Part shown: positions 18,590 to 28,274 of the stretch, piece by piece | How the letters are laid out: every line of letters starts with the position of its first letter | How positions within the stretch are numbered: the first letter of the stretch is position 1 | Origin: Planctomycetota bacterium | GTDB lineage: Bacteria > Planctomycetota > B15-G4 > JADJEK01 | Assembly (NCBI GenBank): GCA_044225365.1 | Contig: JBGAIQ010000006.1 | Span: forward strand, 32,001 to 96,000 | Length of the DNA stretch: 64,000 bases | Direction: 5' to 3' | Notes under the pieces: generated by a model | Seen by the model: the letters and a program-made list of their open reading frames with translations, nothing else | Databases searched by the model: none | Told to the model about the DNA's origin: nothing | Translations under genes and position numbers: made by a program

Positions 18590-20038
18590 TCACGCGAACA
18601 GCTCGTGCCGCACGCGGGCTTCGTCGGTCGGACCAATGAGCCGCTGATCGAGACCCTGACTCGGGTAGCTGAGGTGGAAGGGATCGAGACCGAGGAGATG
18701 CAGGATCGTCGCCTGCAGGTCGCGCACGGACACCGGATTCTCGATCACGTTGTATCCGAGCTCATCGGTCGCGCCGAAGACGAGACCTTCGTGGATCGAA
18801 GCGCCCGCGAACCACATCGAGAAGCAACCGGGATGATGATCGCGGCCGAGGAACGTGGAGCCGTCGCGAGCCTCGACGAACGAAGTGCGACCGAACTCGC
18901 CCCCGCACACGACGAGCGTCTCGTCGAGCAGACCGCGCCGCTCGAGGTCGAGGACCAGGGCCGCAAGCGGTTGATCGACCTGTTTCAGCTTGGACGGGAA
19001 TTGCGTCATCAGGTCATCGCCCGGGCCCGTTCCGTGGATGTCCCAGCCCCAGTCGAACAGTTGAATGAACCGTACGCCCGACTCGACGAGCCGCCGCGCG
19101 AGCAGACAGTTGTTGGCGAACGACGCTTCGCCGGGAACGGCGCCGTACTCGGCGAGGACTTCCTTCGGTTCGTGCGCGATGTCCATCAGGGTCGGCACTG
19201 CGACCTGCATGCGGTAGGCCAGCTCGTACTGCTCGATGCGGGCAAGCGTCTCCGGATCGTTCTCTCGTTGATGCTCGACGGCATTCAGCTTCGCGAGGGC
19301 ATCGAGACTGCGGCGCCGCACTCCGCGGTCCATTCCCTTCGGATCCGACACGTAGAGGACGGGATCGCCGTGGCCGCGAAGCTGCGTGCCTTGGAAATTC
19401 GATGGAAGGTACGACGAGCTCCACAGCGCCTTGCCGCCGGTCGGATCGCTGTCGCCCGAGATCATCACGATGTAGCCCGGGAGGTCGCGATTCGACGAAC
19501 CGAGGCCCCACGTGACCCACGATCCCAACGACGCTCCGCCGAAGACGGGTGATCCGGTGAACAGCATCAGCTCCGCGGGAGCGTGGTTGAACTGGTCCGT
19601 CGTCATCGAACGGACGAGCGTCACCTTGTCGATGATCTTCCGGAAGTTCGGAGCGAGCGTCGTGACGAGCGCGCCGTTCCTGCCCACTCGCTCGAATGGA
19701 TGCGGCGAGCCGAGCAGGTTCGGATGCCCTTTGGTGAAGGCGATGCGCCTGCCCTCGATGAACTCCTTCGGGCACTTGGTACCGGAGAGTCGTTGTAGCG
19801 TCGGCTTGCAGTCGAAGAGATCGAGCTGCGGCGGCGCACCGGAGAGGTGGACGTAGATCACGCTCTTCGCTCGCGCCTTGCCCGTCGTGGCCTTGCTCCC
19901 GACGCCCTTCGCCTCGGCGCGCGCGGACTCGGGCAACAGCGAAGCGAGCGCGATGGCGCCGAAACCGAGCCCTCCCTGCTGCAAGAACAGTCGCCTCGAA
20001 AGCAGTCGCGCCGCGTCGTTTCGATTCGAACCATCCAT
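18590..20038 (-). CDS. DUF1501 domain protein (Tat-exported, alkaline-phosphatase-like fold)
   Basis: Tat motif SRRLFL; AKSVIYVHLSGAPPQLDLFD, NCLLARRLVESGVRFIQ, WDIH, GEFGRT, GRDHH. Confidence 0.9.
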   Translation of the reverse strand: MDGSNRNDAARLLSRRLFLQQGGLGFGAIALASLLPESARAEAKGVGSKATTGKARAKSVIYVHLSGAPPQLDLFDCKPTLQRLSGTKCPKEFIEGRRIAFTKGHPNLLGSPHPFERVGRNGALVTTLAPNFRKIIDKVTLVRSMTTDQFNHAPAELMLFTGSPVFGGASLGSWVTWGLGSSNRDLPGYIVMISGDSDPTGGKALWSSSYLPSNFQGTQLRGHGDPVLYVSDPKGMDRGVRRRSLDALAKLNAVEHQRENDPETLARIEQYELAYRMQVAVPTLMDIAHEPKEVLAEYGAVPGEASFANNCLLARRLVESGVRFIQLFDWGWDIHGTGPGDDLMTQFPSKLKQVDQPLAALVLDLERRGLLDETLVVCGGEFGRTSFVEARDGSTFLGRDHHPGCFSMWFAGASIHEGLVFGATDELGYNVIENPVSVRDLQATILHLLGLDPFHLSYPSQGLDQRLIGPTDEARVRHELFA

Positions 20039-20041
20039 CGT

Positions 20042-23000
20042 TCAGTCCTTGGTGAGGAACGCGTCCTGATTCAGGAGCACGTTCGCGACGACGGTATACG
20101 CGGCGGCCTCGATCGGATCGATGCGATCGGGCAACGGCCCGAGCGGGTCCGTCGCGAGCGCAAGCGCACTCGACACGTCCTTGCCGAAGTGATCGAGTTC
20201 GCTCGCATGGAGCGCGACGAGGGCGGCGACCGCCTCGGGCTCGGGCGGCGCGAGGAGCGTGAGGCGCAGACCGTAGGCGACGCGCTCTTCAACGGTGTTT
20301 CCACCTTCGCGGATGAGTCGGCGCGCGAGCGCCTGCGCGCACTCGACGTACGCCGGATCGTTCAGCGTCACGAACGCCTGCAGCGGCGTGTTGGTGCGCA
20401 CGCGTCGAATGGCGCACGTCTCGCGGCTCGGGCTGTCGAACGTCGACATCGACGGGTACGGCATCGTTCGTCGCCACACGGTGTAGAGGCCGCGTCGCCA
20501 GCGATCCTCGCCCTCGCTCGTCGCGTAGCTGCGTTCGCCGTTGAACGCCGCGCGCCACAATCCCTCGGGCTGCGGCGGATACACGGGCGGACCGTACATC
20601 TTGGGAGAGAGCAAGCCCGCGACGAACAATGCCTGATCGCGCACCATCTCCGACTCGAGTCGGAAGCGCGGTCCACGTTCGAGCAGCCGATCGTTCGGAT
20701 CGACGCGCAATTGCTCGTCGGTCGCGCTCGACCGCTGGCGATATGCGTACGACATCACGAGTTCCTTGACGAGCCACTTGATGTCGTAGTGATGAGCGAC
20801 GAAATCGACGGCGAGCGCGTCGAGCAGCGCCGGATTCGTGGGCGGCGAGCCCTGCAGGCCGAAGTCCTCTTCGGTGAACACGATTCCGGCGCCGAACAAC
20901 ATCGCGTAGATGCGGTTCACGAACACTCGCGCGGTGAGTGGGTTCTTCGGATCGACGATCCACGCGGCGAGTCCGAGGCGGTTCTTCGGCGCGTCCTTGG
21001 GGAAACCGTGGAAGGCCGAAGGCACGTCCGCGTGGACCTCCTGCATGGGATCGAGGAAGTTGCCCTTGGCGAGCACATGGGAAACGCGACGCGCGTTGCT
21101 TGGCAACTCACGCTGGATCGGCGTCATCACTCCCGTGAGCGGTGCGAGCCTCGATCGCAACTGCGTGATCTCGGACCGCAGGCGCACGACTTCGGGATCG
21201 CTCGCGGCGAAGTGCAGGACGAGCGCAGCGTTCTCCTCGCGCGAACGCGACGCACTCGGCTTGCGCAGGATCTCGGCGATCCGCGGCGATACGAGCGGAT
21301 GCGGTACGACGGTCTCGCTGCCGAGCAGGCGGAAATGGCCGAGCACGTGGTAGCCGCCGAAGTTCTGCGTCAGCACCACTTCGAATGGGCCGTCGAGCGG
21401 TCGCTCGAGTTCGAATACGGCGACGTGCGACTCGCCCTGGCGCGGCGAGATCGCCCAACCGCGGTTCTCCGAGAGGTCGTGATCGATCGCGCTTGCGATC
21501 CCGAATTCCTGCTGCTCGAAGTCCGTCGATGCGCGCACGATCTTCACTGTCTCATAGGGTCGCGTCGTGTCGATCGAGACCTCGGGCAACGGCGGCGTGG
21601 CGATCGTCTGCTCGAACTTCACGGTTCGTGATTCGTCGAGGATCTTCACGACAGCGCCGCGCAGACGCTCGGGCAAACCGCCGCCCATCCGGTTGAAGAT
21701 CACGACGCGATCGATGGCGACGCTCTTCTTCAGATCGATCTCGAACCACGGATCCTTGCCCTGCCGCGTGTGGGTGACCGAGTCCTTCTCGTAGGCGCCG
21801 TCGCGATTGCCATCGATCGCGCGCGACGCGTCACCGCCGAAGTCTGTCGACGACTGGCGCGCCGATCCTCGTCGCGCAACGTTCTCGCCTCCCGCGATCA
21901 CCTCCACTTCCGCGAGCGACAGGATTCGGTCCGCGCCCGGCAACTCGATGCGCACGTAGCGACCGCTCGGGATCGGCATCTTCGCGCGAAGTGCGCGGAC
22001 TTCGATCTCGTTCAGGACGAAGTTGCCGTTGCCGCCGCGGCTGCCCGGCCCACCGCTCGGCAGCGACGGATGCGTGAGCGCCTCGAGCGCGAGCGAGCGC
22101 ATTGCCGGGTGAGGAGCCTGGAACCGCAAAGCCATGGTCTCTCGCACGGGAAGATCGCCGTCCTGCAAGATCGAGTCGTCCGGCTGGACGGTGTACCGCG
22201 AGATGCTCGTGATCGAGTAGTTCTCGGGGTGCTGCGGAACGAACGACTTCACGAGTCGCTGATCCTCCTCCGCGAGCGCGGCGAACGTATCGCCGAGCGC
22301 CGCACCGCGGGCGGCTACGGCTTCTTCGTGCTCGGCGATCGCTCGTTCGATGCGCGCGGCTTCGGCTTCGTCCTGTCGCGACGGCGTCGCGATGCGCGGC
22401 TCTTCGTCGCTGCGGTCGGCGTCCTCCGTCTGATTGAAGAAGTCGAACAGCGAGTAGTACTCCTGTTGCGTGATGGGATCGAACTTGTGCGAGTGGCACT
22501 GTGCGCAACCGAACGTGAGGCCCATGAAGACCTGCATCGTGACGTTCGTCCGGTCCTTCACGGCGGCGACGCGGAACTCCTCGTTGTCCGTGCCGCCCTC
22601 GGTGTTGGTGAGCGTGTTGCGGTGGAACGCCGTCGCGAGGATCTGATTGCGGGTCGGATGGTCGAGCAGATCGCCCGCGAGTTGCTCCGTCACGAAGCGG
22701 TCGTAGGGAAGGTCGTCGTTGAACGCGTCGATCACGTAGTCGCGATAACGCCAGATCGTGCGCAACGGATCCGAGCCGTAGCCGGCGGAATCGGCGTAGC
22801 GCGCGAGATCGAGCCAGATGCGCGCCATGCGCTCGCCGTAGTGCGGACTCGCGAGGAGTGAGTCGACGAGCTTCTCGTACGCCGCGTCGGAGGGATCGGC
22901 GGCGAACGAGGAGGCCAGGTCGAGACTCGGCGGTAGCCCGGTGATGTCGAAGCTCACGCGGCGAGCGAGCGTGTACGGATCCGCGGGCGGGGAGGGCGCG

Positions 23001-23533
23001 AGGCCCTTCTCGTCGAGCAATTCGAAGACGTAGCGATCGGCGTCGACACGAACGAGGGGATCGAAGCGCGTGCTGCGGGCCGTCGATTTCACCGGCGGGA
23101 CGAACGCCCAGTGCTTCTCGTACTTGCCACCCTGCGCGATCCAACGCTCGAGTTTCTTCACGTCCTCGGCGGCGAGACGATGGCCGACTTCGGGCGGCGG
23201 CATGCGTCGTCCTTCATCGTCGTTCGTGATGCGGCGGATCACCTCGCTGCGGGCGGGGTCAAAGGGCTTGATGGCGAATCGACCGTGACGATCGGCGTGG
23301 GCCTGCTCTTCGACGTCGAGGCGAAGGTCCTTCTCGCGATGCTCGGCATCGGGGCCATGGCACGCGAAGCAGTTCTTCGCGAGGAGCGGCCGGATCTCGC
23401 GGTTGAAATCGACGTGAGCCGCGAGGTCCTCTCGCGCGAGGAGAGGACCTCCGCCGAGACATGCCACCACGAGATAGAAGTGCCCTGCGAATCGTCGGCG
23501 TGGGTTCAAGCGGTACCTCGGCATACCTCGCAT
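20042..23533 (-). CDS. Planctomycete cytochrome c + DUF1549 + DUF1553 protein with F-type lectin/F5-8C insert
   Basis: VDFNREIRPLLAKNCFACHGPD; HWAF; YGERMARIWLDLARYADS; CAQCH; NPLTARVFVNR; TNTPLQA..LND. Start may be 23524. Confidence 0.92.
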   Translation of the reverse strand: MRGMPRYRLNPRRRFAGHFYLVVACLGGGPLLAREDLAAHVDFNREIRPLLAKNCFACHGPDAEHREKDLRLDVEEQAHADRHGRFAIKPFDPARSEVIRRITNDDEGRRMPPPEVGHRLAAEDVKKLERWIAQGGKYEKHWAFVPPVKSTARSTRFDPLVRVDADRYVFELLDEKGLAPSPPADPYTLARRVSFDITGLPPSLDLASSFAADPSDAAYEKLVDSLLASPHYGERMARIWLDLARYADSAGYGSDPLRTIWRYRDYVIDAFNDDLPYDRFVTEQLAGDLLDHPTRNQILATAFHRNTLTNTEGGTDNEEFRVAAVKDRTNVTMQVFMGLTFGCAQCHSHKFDPITQQEYYSLFDFFNQTEDADRSDEEPRIATPSRQDEAEAARIERAIAEHEEAVAARGAALGDTFAALAEEDQRLVKSFVPQHPENYSITSISRYTVQPDDSILQDGDLPVRETMALRFQAPHPAMRSLALEALTHPSLPSGGPGSRGGNGNFVLNEIEVRALRAKMPIPSGRYVRIELPGADRILSLAEVEVIAGGENVARRGSARQSSTDFGGDASRAIDGNRDGAYEKDSVTHTRQGKDPWFEIDLKKSVAIDRVVIFNRMGGGLPERLRGAVVKILDESRTVKFEQTIATPPLPEVSIDTTRPYETVKIVRASTDFEQQEFGIASAIDHDLSENRGWAISPRQGESHVAVFELERPLDGPFEVVLTQNFGGYHVLGHFRLLGSETVVPHPLVSPRIAEILRKPSASRSREENAALVLHFAASDPEVVRLRSEITQLRSRLAPLTGVMTPIQRELPSNARRVSHVLAKGNFLDPMQEVHADVPSAFHGFPKDAPKNRLGLAAWIVDPKNPLTARVFVNRIYAMLFGAGIVFTEEDFGLQGSPPTNPALLDALAVDFVAHHYDIKWLVKELVMSYAYRQRSSATDEQLRVDPNDRLLERGPRFRLESEMVRDQALFVAGLLSPKMYGPPVYPPQPEGLWRAAFNGERSYATSEGEDRWRRGLYTVWRRTMPYPSMSTFDSPSRETCAIRRVRTNTPLQAFVTLNDPAYVECAQALARRLIREGGNTVEERVAYGLRLTLLAPPEPEAVAALVALHASELDHFGKDVSSALALATDPLGPLPDRIDPIEAAAYTVVANVLLNQDAFLTKD

Positions 23534-23575
23534 TGGGACGCCGCCAGTGTACCAGTCCCACTTCCCCCCGTGGGA

Positions 23576-24343
23576 TCACGCGTAGCCGAAGCGCTCGGCG
23601 TAGTCGCCCATCTCCTCGAAGATGTACTGCGCGTTGTGCCGCGCCACCTCGTCGGACTCGCGGGAATGGAGAGCCACGCGCGTGGCATCGATCTCCTTGC
23701 CGTGCTTGCCGCGATCGTTCGAATCGCCCCGAGTTCCGAGCAGGCCGACGCCGTGGACCGGGCTGCCGACGAATTCGCGGACCCTGTCGAGGAGCGACGG
23801 ATCGTTGCACACGTCCTCGTAGCGAACGACCGTGTGCGCGTGCCGCTCCATCAGCCCGAAGATCTCTGAGGTCTGTTCGCGCAGATAGGGCAGGAGCGTC
23901 TTCGTCTCGAACCACAGCTTGCCGCGGGAGAGCAGTTCCTTGCGCCGGTGATAGAGCGACAGATAGATGTCCCGCGGATCGCGGACGGTGACGACGACGC
24001 GCATGTCGGGAAACACCTTCGAGACGTCGACCGCGCCCGTGTGCGTGATCTCCTTCACGCCGATCTGCTCGATGTGGGGCGCGAGATCGTCGACCAACCG
24101 CTTGAACCGCGTGAGACCCGCGAGCGGCTCGAGATCCCGCATCTCCTTCTTGATCGCGACGATGTCGATCCCGAACGCCGCGAATGTCGGCGCGATCGCA
24201 GGATCGATCCGCAGCTTGCCGATACCGATGCGGGGTTCATGGAAGATGAAGCCCGCGGGCGGCGCGGACAAGAGTTCGCCGAGCATCGTCGATCCGGTTC
24301 GACGAAGCGACGCGATGTAGACGAAGGGGCGGCGCGGAGGCAT
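23576..24343 (-). CDS. Sulfotransferase family protein
   Basis: 5'-PSB-like RRTGSTML, FHEP, 3'-PB-like RDPRDIYLS, VRYED. Confidence 0.85.
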   Translation of the reverse strand: MPPRRPFVYIASLRRTGSTMLGELLSAPPAGFIFHEPRIGIGKLRIDPAIAPTFAAFGIDIVAIKKEMRDLEPLAGLTRFKRLVDDLAPHIEQIGVKEITHTGAVDVSKVFPDMRVVVTVRDPRDIYLSLYHRRKELLSRGKLWFETKTLLPYLREQTSEIFGLMERHAHTVVRYEDVCNDPSLLDRVREFVGSPVHGVGLLGTRGDSNDRGKHGKEIDATRVALHSRESDEVARHNAQYIFEEMGDYAERFGYA

Positions 24344-24445
24344 GGGTATCGCGCGGAGATTACTCGCGCGGACCGCCCGTGCGATGGATGCTGTCGCGAA
24401 TTTCGAAGCGGCTATGATCCGACTCGTTCATACCTTCCTGGAACG

Positions 24446-25471
24446 ATGATGCCCTCGACCGCGATCCCTTCGCTGCTCGCATTCGCCAACGGCTCGCAGG
24501 CCTACGCGTATCTCGGCTTCCTCGCCTTGATCGGTTTCTTCCTCGCGCTCGACCTCGGCGTCTTCCATCGCGAAGCGCGCGAGATCACGTTCAAGGAATC
24601 GATCTTCTGGTCGATCGTGTGGTTCCTCGTCGCGCTCGGGTTCCTCCCCGTGATCGTTGCGGCCTACGACCACCATTGGTTCGGACTCGGGATCGACGTG
24701 CCCAAGCTCGGCGCGCCGGGCGTGACGGAGACGGTGACTGGACTGCAGGCGGCGAAGCAGTTCTTCACGGGGTACATGCTCGAGCGCGCGCTCGCGATGG
24801 ACAACACGTTCGTCATCGCGCTCGTGTTCGGATACCTCGCGATCCCTGCGCGCTTCCAGCATCGCGTGCTGTTCTGGGGCATCGTCGGCGCCGTCGTCAT
24901 GCGCGGGTTCATGATCTTCGCGGGCGCCGCGCTCGTCGCACGCTTTCACGCCGTGACGTACGTGTTCGCCGCGATCCTGATCTACACGGCCTTCAAGATG
25001 GCGGGCAGCGGTGACGAGGCCGCCGCCGATCCGTCGAACAACTCGGTCGTCCGCGGTTTGAAGAAGATCCTCCCCGTCACGGATCGGATCGACGGCGCTC
25101 GCTTCCTCACGCGCATCGAAGGGCGCACGCACGCGACACCGCTGCTCGTCGCACTCGTGATCGTCGAGATCACCGATCTCGTGTTCGCCGTCGACTCGAT
25201 CCCGGCGATCTTCGCCATCTCGGCCGATCCGTTCGTCCTGTTCACGTCGAACATCTTCGCGATCCTCGGCCTGCGCGCCCTCTACTTCTGCGTGGCCGCC
25301 CTGCTCTCGCGCTTCCGCTTCCTGAAGCCCGCGCTCGTCGTCGTGCTGTTCTTCGTCGGCGTGAAGATGCTGCTGGTGCAGACCTCGTACAACGTCGACG
25401 AGACCACCTCGCTGCTCATCGTCGTCGGAATCCTAGCAATCGGCGCGATCGCATCCGCGGCGGCGCCGTGA
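24446..25471 (+). CDS. TerC/Alx family metal-homeostasis membrane protein
   Basis: ALDLGVFH, GYMLERALAMDN, QHRVLFWG, EITDLVFAVDSIPAIFA, FTSNIFAILGLRALYF. Confidence 0.93.
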   Translation: MMPSTAIPSLLAFANGSQAYAYLGFLALIGFFLALDLGVFHREAREITFKESIFWSIVWFLVALGFLPVIVAAYDHHWFGLGIDVPKLGAPGVTETVTGLQAAKQFFTGYMLERALAMDNTFVIALVFGYLAIPARFQHRVLFWGIVGAVVMRGFMIFAGAALVARFHAVTYVFAAILIYTAFKMAGSGDEAAADPSNNSVVRGLKKILPVTDRIDGARFLTRIEGRTHATPLLVALVIVEITDLVFAVDSIPAIFAISADPFVLFTSNIFAILGLRALYFCVAALLSRFRFLKPALVVVLFFVGVKMLLVQTSYNVDETTSLLIVVGILAIGAIASAAAP

Positions 25472-25601
25472 ACGCACCTGGACCGCCGCGCTCCAGCGCG
25501 GCTCCGTTTCCGCCCCGGCACGACTTAACGACAACGCCCGGACCGCCGCGCTCCAGCGCGGCTCCGTTTCCGCCCCGGCACACCGTAGTGACAACGCCTG
25601 G
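25471..25601. repeat. 60-bp-period tandem repeat (2 copies plus a stub) with a REP-like palindrome
   Basis: Identical 42-mer at 25480-25521 and 25540-25581 with stem gccgcgc-tcca-gcgcggc; gacaacgcc at 25530 and 25590. Confidence 0.9.
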
Positions 25602-25695
25602 CACACAGCCGTGTGCCCCTACATGCCACCCGAGCACACCGCCGCGTGCCCGACATGCTTGACGCGGCGGCCATTGGGCTTTCAATCGTTCGCCG

Positions 25696-26898
25696 ATGCT
25701 CACCCTCGCAATGACCATCGATTCGAGCGTGCAGAGCGGCTTCGCCCTCATGGGCATCCCCGTCGAGTTCATCCTCTTCGGGATGACTCTCCTCTGCATC
25801 GCGCTCTTCCATCACAAGACAATGCAGATCGCCGTGGCAGGCCTGCTCGTGATCACGGCCTACGAGGTCGTGTTCCGCGATCTGCATCTCGTCGAGCACT
25901 ACCGACACGAAGCGCCGCTCCTCGTCAACCTCCTCGGCCTCCTCGTCGGGTTCGCAATCCTCTCCGAGCACTTCGCGAAGAGTCGCGTCCCCGACCTCCT
26001 CCCGAACATCCTGCCGAACGGCTGGCGCGGCGGCTTCGTTCTGCTGGTGCTCGTCTTCGTCCTCTCGACTTTCCTCGACAACATCGCCGCGGCGATGATC
26101 GGCGGCACGATCGCGAGCGTCGTGTTCAAGAAGCGCGTCCATCTCGGCTATCTCGCGGCAATCGTCGCGGCGAGCAATGCCGGCGGCGCGGGCTCGGTCA
26201 TCGGCGACACCACCACGACGATGATGTGGATCGCGAACGTGCCGTGGACGGCCGTCCTCCCCGCCTTCATCGCCTCGGGAACCGCGTTGCTCGCGTTCGG
26301 GATCGTCGCGGCGCGCCAACAGGATGGCTACCAGCGGATCACGGCCGACGCGCCCAAGGGCATCCGCGTCGATCGCGCATCACTCCTCGTCGTCGTCCTG
26401 ATCCTCGCCTGTGCGATCCTTGCCGCCTGGAAGTTCGACCTGCCCGCGCTCGGAGTCTGGACGGCAATCCTCCTCACTGCCGGAGTCCGGCGTCCGGCGT
26501 GGCACGAAGTCCCGACTGCGCTCAAGGGCTCGGTCTTCCTCCTCAGTCTCGTCGGCTGCGCTTCGATGATGCCGGTCGGGGCGTTGCCCGAGCCGAGCTG
26601 GCGGAGCACGCTCGGCCTCGGCTTCGTGTCGGCGGTCTTCGACAACATCCCGCTCACGAAGCTCGCTCTCGATCAAGGCGGTTACGACTGGGGTTTCCTG
26701 GCCTACGCGGTCGGGTTCGGCGGCTCGATGGTCTGGTTCGGATCGTCCGCGGGAGTCGCGATCTCCAACATCTTCCCGGAAGCCAAATCGGCCGGGGCGT
26801 GGCTCAAGAACGGTTACCACGTGGTCCTCGCCTACTTGATCGGGTACCTCGCGCTGCTGGGTGCGATGGGATGGCGCCCTGACCTCGTGCCGCGATGA
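25696..26898 (+). CDS. IT-superfamily transporter (citrate transporter / NhaD-like)
   Basis: Many TM helices; LSTFLDNIAAA, ASNAGGAGSVIGDTTTTM, SAVFDNIPL, GGSMVWFGSSAGVA. Confidence 0.88.
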   Translation: MLTLAMTIDSSVQSGFALMGIPVEFILFGMTLLCIALFHHKTMQIAVAGLLVITAYEVVFRDLHLVEHYRHEAPLLVNLLGLLVGFAILSEHFAKSRVPDLLPNILPNGWRGGFVLLVLVFVLSTFLDNIAAAMIGGTIASVVFKKRVHLGYLAAIVAASNAGGAGSVIGDTTTTMMWIANVPWTAVLPAFIASGTALLAFGIVAARQQDGYQRITADAPKGIRVDRASLLVVVLILACAILAAWKFDLPALGVWTAILLTAGVRRPAWHEVPTALKGSVFLLSLVGCASMMPVGALPEPSWRSTLGLGFVSAVFDNIPLTKLALDQGGYDWGFLAYAVGFGGSMVWFGSSAGVAISNIFPEAKSAGAWLKNGYHVVLAYLIGYLALLGAMGWRPDLVPR

Positions 26899-26960
26899 GC
26901 TTCGAAGTCAGGCGATTGCGGGTGAGTCCTCGACTTGACCGCGTCCGCGGGTTCTGATGC

Positions 26961-28274
26961 ATGGCGATGTCCGGAGAGCAAGCGTTCGATTTCGAGGGCG
27001 TCGACCCCATCCTCTCGAAACTGCCCCGCGATTCCGCGGGTGGTTTTCGGATCGGGAACTGTCGTCTGGAGAAAGTGATCGGCTTCGGGGGAATGGGTCG
27101 CGTCTATCGCGGCTGGCACAAGAACCTCGAAGTCCCGGTCGCGATCAAGTGCTTGCATCTCGCGAACACCGGTTCGAATCCGCGCATGGCTCTCGATCGC
27201 TTCAAGCGTGAAGCAAAGCTCGCCGCCCTCGTCTCCCACGAGAACCTGATCCGCGTCTACGACTCAGGCGAAGAGCGCGGGATCCACTACATCGTGATGG
27301 AACTCGTCGAGGGCGAGACCTCGCGCGCGCGCGTCGATCGCAAGGGTCGGCTCGAACTGTTCGAAGCGCTCGCGATCGTTCACGGCGTGATCAAGGCGCT
27401 GAAAGCCGCACACGAGCAGAATCTGATCCATCGCGACATCAAGCCGGGCAACATCCTCATTTCGCGCGAAGCGAAGATCAAACTCGCCGATCTCGGTCTC
27501 GCCAAGTCGCTCGATCAGAGCGCGCTCGAACTCACGTTGAAGGGCAGCAAGCTCGGCACGCCGCGCTACGCCGCACCCGAACAATGGCAGGACGCGTCCG
27601 AGGCGACTCCCGCGACGGACATCTACGCCGTCGGCGCCGTCCTCTACTTCTTCATCACGGGTGAGGACGGCATTCAGGGCGACAGCGCGCTCGAGGTGAT
27701 CGCGAACACGTGCCGGCGCGGCTTCCCGCGACTCGCAACGACGCACGCGGGGTTCCCGCCCGAGATCGATCAGTTCATCGCGAAGTGCACGGCGCTGCGA
27801 CCCGAGGATCGATTCCAGAACGCGACGGAGATGCTGCGTCACTTCGAACCGATGGTGCGCAAGCTGCGCGAACGCCGCGGCCCACCGCCGGCGGGAGGCA
27901 GATCCACGGGAGCGCCGCTCTCGACGCCCGCGGGACGCGCACCGCAGCCCGTGAAGCGAGCGCAGCCCGCGAGCCCGCCGTCGCCCGCTCGGCGCGTCTT
28001 CGAATCCGCGCCCTCCGGCGCGACCGAATTCGATCCCGAAGAGGGCGGCGCCGAAGAGGCTCCGAGCATGGAGGGCGGCCATCGGCGCTTCCTGACCTTC
28101 ATCGGGATGTTCGGCATCCTGGTGTATTCGATCCTGCTCTGGCTCGCCGGGCAGCGCCATCGCGGCGTGCTCGCTGCGGGCGTGGCCCTCGCCGCCGTCA
28201 TCGCCGTGCTCCTCGTCGTCTACCGTCGGCGCGCGAAGCGGCGAAAGCTCGCCGCCGCAGCGGGTGAGGGTTGA
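26961..28274 (+). CDS. Ser/Thr protein kinase with Pro-rich linker and two C-terminal TM helices
   Basis: GFGGMGRVY, VAIK, HRDIKPGN, DLGLAK, GTPRYAAPEQ. Confidence 0.92.
   Translation: MAMSGEQAFDFEGVDPILSKLPRDSAGGFRIGNCRLEKVIGFGGMGRVYRGWHKNLEVPVAIKCLHLANTGSNPRMALDRFKREAKLAALVSHENLIRVYDSGEERGIHYIVMELVEGETSRARVDRKGRLELFEALAIVHGVIKALKAAHEQNLIHRDIKPGNILISREAKIKLADLGLAKSLDQSALELTLKGSKLGTPRYAAPEQWQDASEATPATDIYAVGAVLYFFITGEDGIQGDSALEVIANTCRRGFPRLATTHAGFPPEIDQFIAKCTALRPEDRFQNATEMLRHFEPMVRKLRERRGPPPAGGRSTGAPLSTPAGRAPQPVKRAQPASPPSPARRVFESAPSGATEFDPEEGGAEEAPSMEGGHRRFLTFIGMFGILVYSILLWLAGQRHRGVLAAGVALAAVIAVLLVVYRRRAKRRKLAAAAGEG

Noticed and set aside
24344-24445. yybP-ykoY manganese riboswitch expected upstream of terC/alx
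   Set aside because: The gap is only about 100 nt, shared with a divergent promoter, and no consensus elements were recognisable.
25471-25601. Possible mini CRISPR array
   Set aside because: Only two units, the variable part is 8 nt, and no cas genes; fits a REP-like tandem repeat better.
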